Under the pieces are notes generated by a model. It had not been told where the DNA came from. It made no database searches and was given only the letters and a program-made list of their open reading frames with translations. A DNA stretch of 64,000 bases, from assembly GCF_006345805.1 (NCBI RefSeq), contig NC_042998.1, positions 10,230,001 through 10,294,000 of the forward strand. The letters run 5' to 3'. This document shows, in pieces, positions 63,036 to 64,000 of the stretch. The first letter of the stretch is position 1, and every line of letters begins with the position of its first letter. The translations under genes and the position numbers were made by a program. The stretch comes from Octopus sinensis (lineage: Eukaryota).

Positions 63036-63473
63036 TAGAATAAGTCCCTGACAAAAAAATAAATATATAAATAAATAAATAAATAAGCAATGGGGTTGGT
63101 TTATTTAATTAACACCCCTCAAGGCAGTGCCCCAGCATTGCCATAGTCCATTGCCTGAAACAAGTAAAAGATAGAGGGTAATAATACTACAGAGAGGCAT
63201 TTTGTCTGAGATTGATCCCTGGCTTACCATCCCTGCAAGAAGTGCAAAAGATTGTCTTAACTGGTACATCACACGTATTGAGAAGAGCATTGTTGATGTG
63301 AGAACTATTACAACCCATGTATTTTAATTTAACTTTAAAAAAAAAAAAAAATGAACAAACTAGTGAGTTTAGTTTAATGACCTACCAATGTATACTGAGT
63401 TTCTTTGCCCTAAGAGTCGAGAAGACACTCAGCAAGAAATGGAAGCAAATTTGAAAGATGGAGAAAAACCCAT

Positions 63474-63499
63474 AAATAATAATAATAATGATAATGATG

Positions 63500-63530
<31 letters not shown>

Positions 63531-63595
63531 TAATAATAATAATATAATAATAATAATAATATGATAATGATAATAATAATAATAATAATATAATA

Positions 63596-63626
<31 letters not shown>

Positions 63627-63668
63627 TATAATAATAATAATAATAATAATTATTATTATTATAATAAT
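63474..63668. repeat. (AAT)n/(GAT)n microsatellite, tail of a family C SINE
   Basis: Direct inspection. Confidence 0.95.
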
Positions 63669-64000
63669 CCTTTCTACTAAAGGCACAAGGCCTCAAATTT
63701 TGGGGGAGGGAACTAGATGAGTACATTGACTCCATGTTTCACTGGCACTTAATTTATCGACCCTAAAAGGATGACCCCAAAGTTGACCTCAGCGGAATTT
63801 GAACTTAGAACGTAAGATGGATGAAATGCTGCTAAACATTTTGCCCTGTATGCTAACAATTCCTGTCTATATAAATGCAGTCTTACTAATTCAGTGTTGT
63901 AAATTTCATAAAGAATTTTTTGTCTTTTTACAAACACACATCAGTTTTCTCAGTTACATAGCACCTCACCTGTTAGCATTTTTAGATGCAAAATCTTGAG

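Noticed and set aside
63382-63735. Poly-Ile/Tyr/Leu ORFs
   Set aside because: Translations of the (AAT)n microsatellite.

Overview
AT-rich, repeat-dense eukaryotic DNA. The SINE/LINE/Helitron landscape is typical of Octopus (inferred, not proven). One protein-coding gene is present: LETM1 (mitochondrial inner-membrane H+/Ca2+ or K+ exchanger) on the minus strand, with 12 coding exons from 42741 down to 919. All have AG/GT borders and matching phases, giving about 771 aa if the ATG at 42725 is the start. Its transcription start could not be located. Introns and upstream DNA hold a young 5'-truncated RTE LINE (827-aa open ORF with a PHD-like finger and a 62-bp VNTR in its 3' UTR), decayed RTE, HERO-like, R4/Dong-like, CR1 and Tc1/mariner relics, several tRNA-SINE families, non-autonomous Helitrons, MITEs and microsatellites. 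Most notable: two unrelated short repeat families carry minimal type I hammerhead-ribozyme folds of the Penelope/retrozyme kind. One has the core pair swapped to G3-C8 (52787-52835, minus). The other sits at the tail of a tRNA-headed element with an inverted terminal copy (43091-43420). There is also a full-length 5S-rRNA-headed SINE (SINE3-like), a Helitron with a 69-bp flanking duplication, a 76-bp RTE target duplication and a probable EF-hand degeneration in LETM1. Repeat boundaries are approximate; no searches or folding programs were run.
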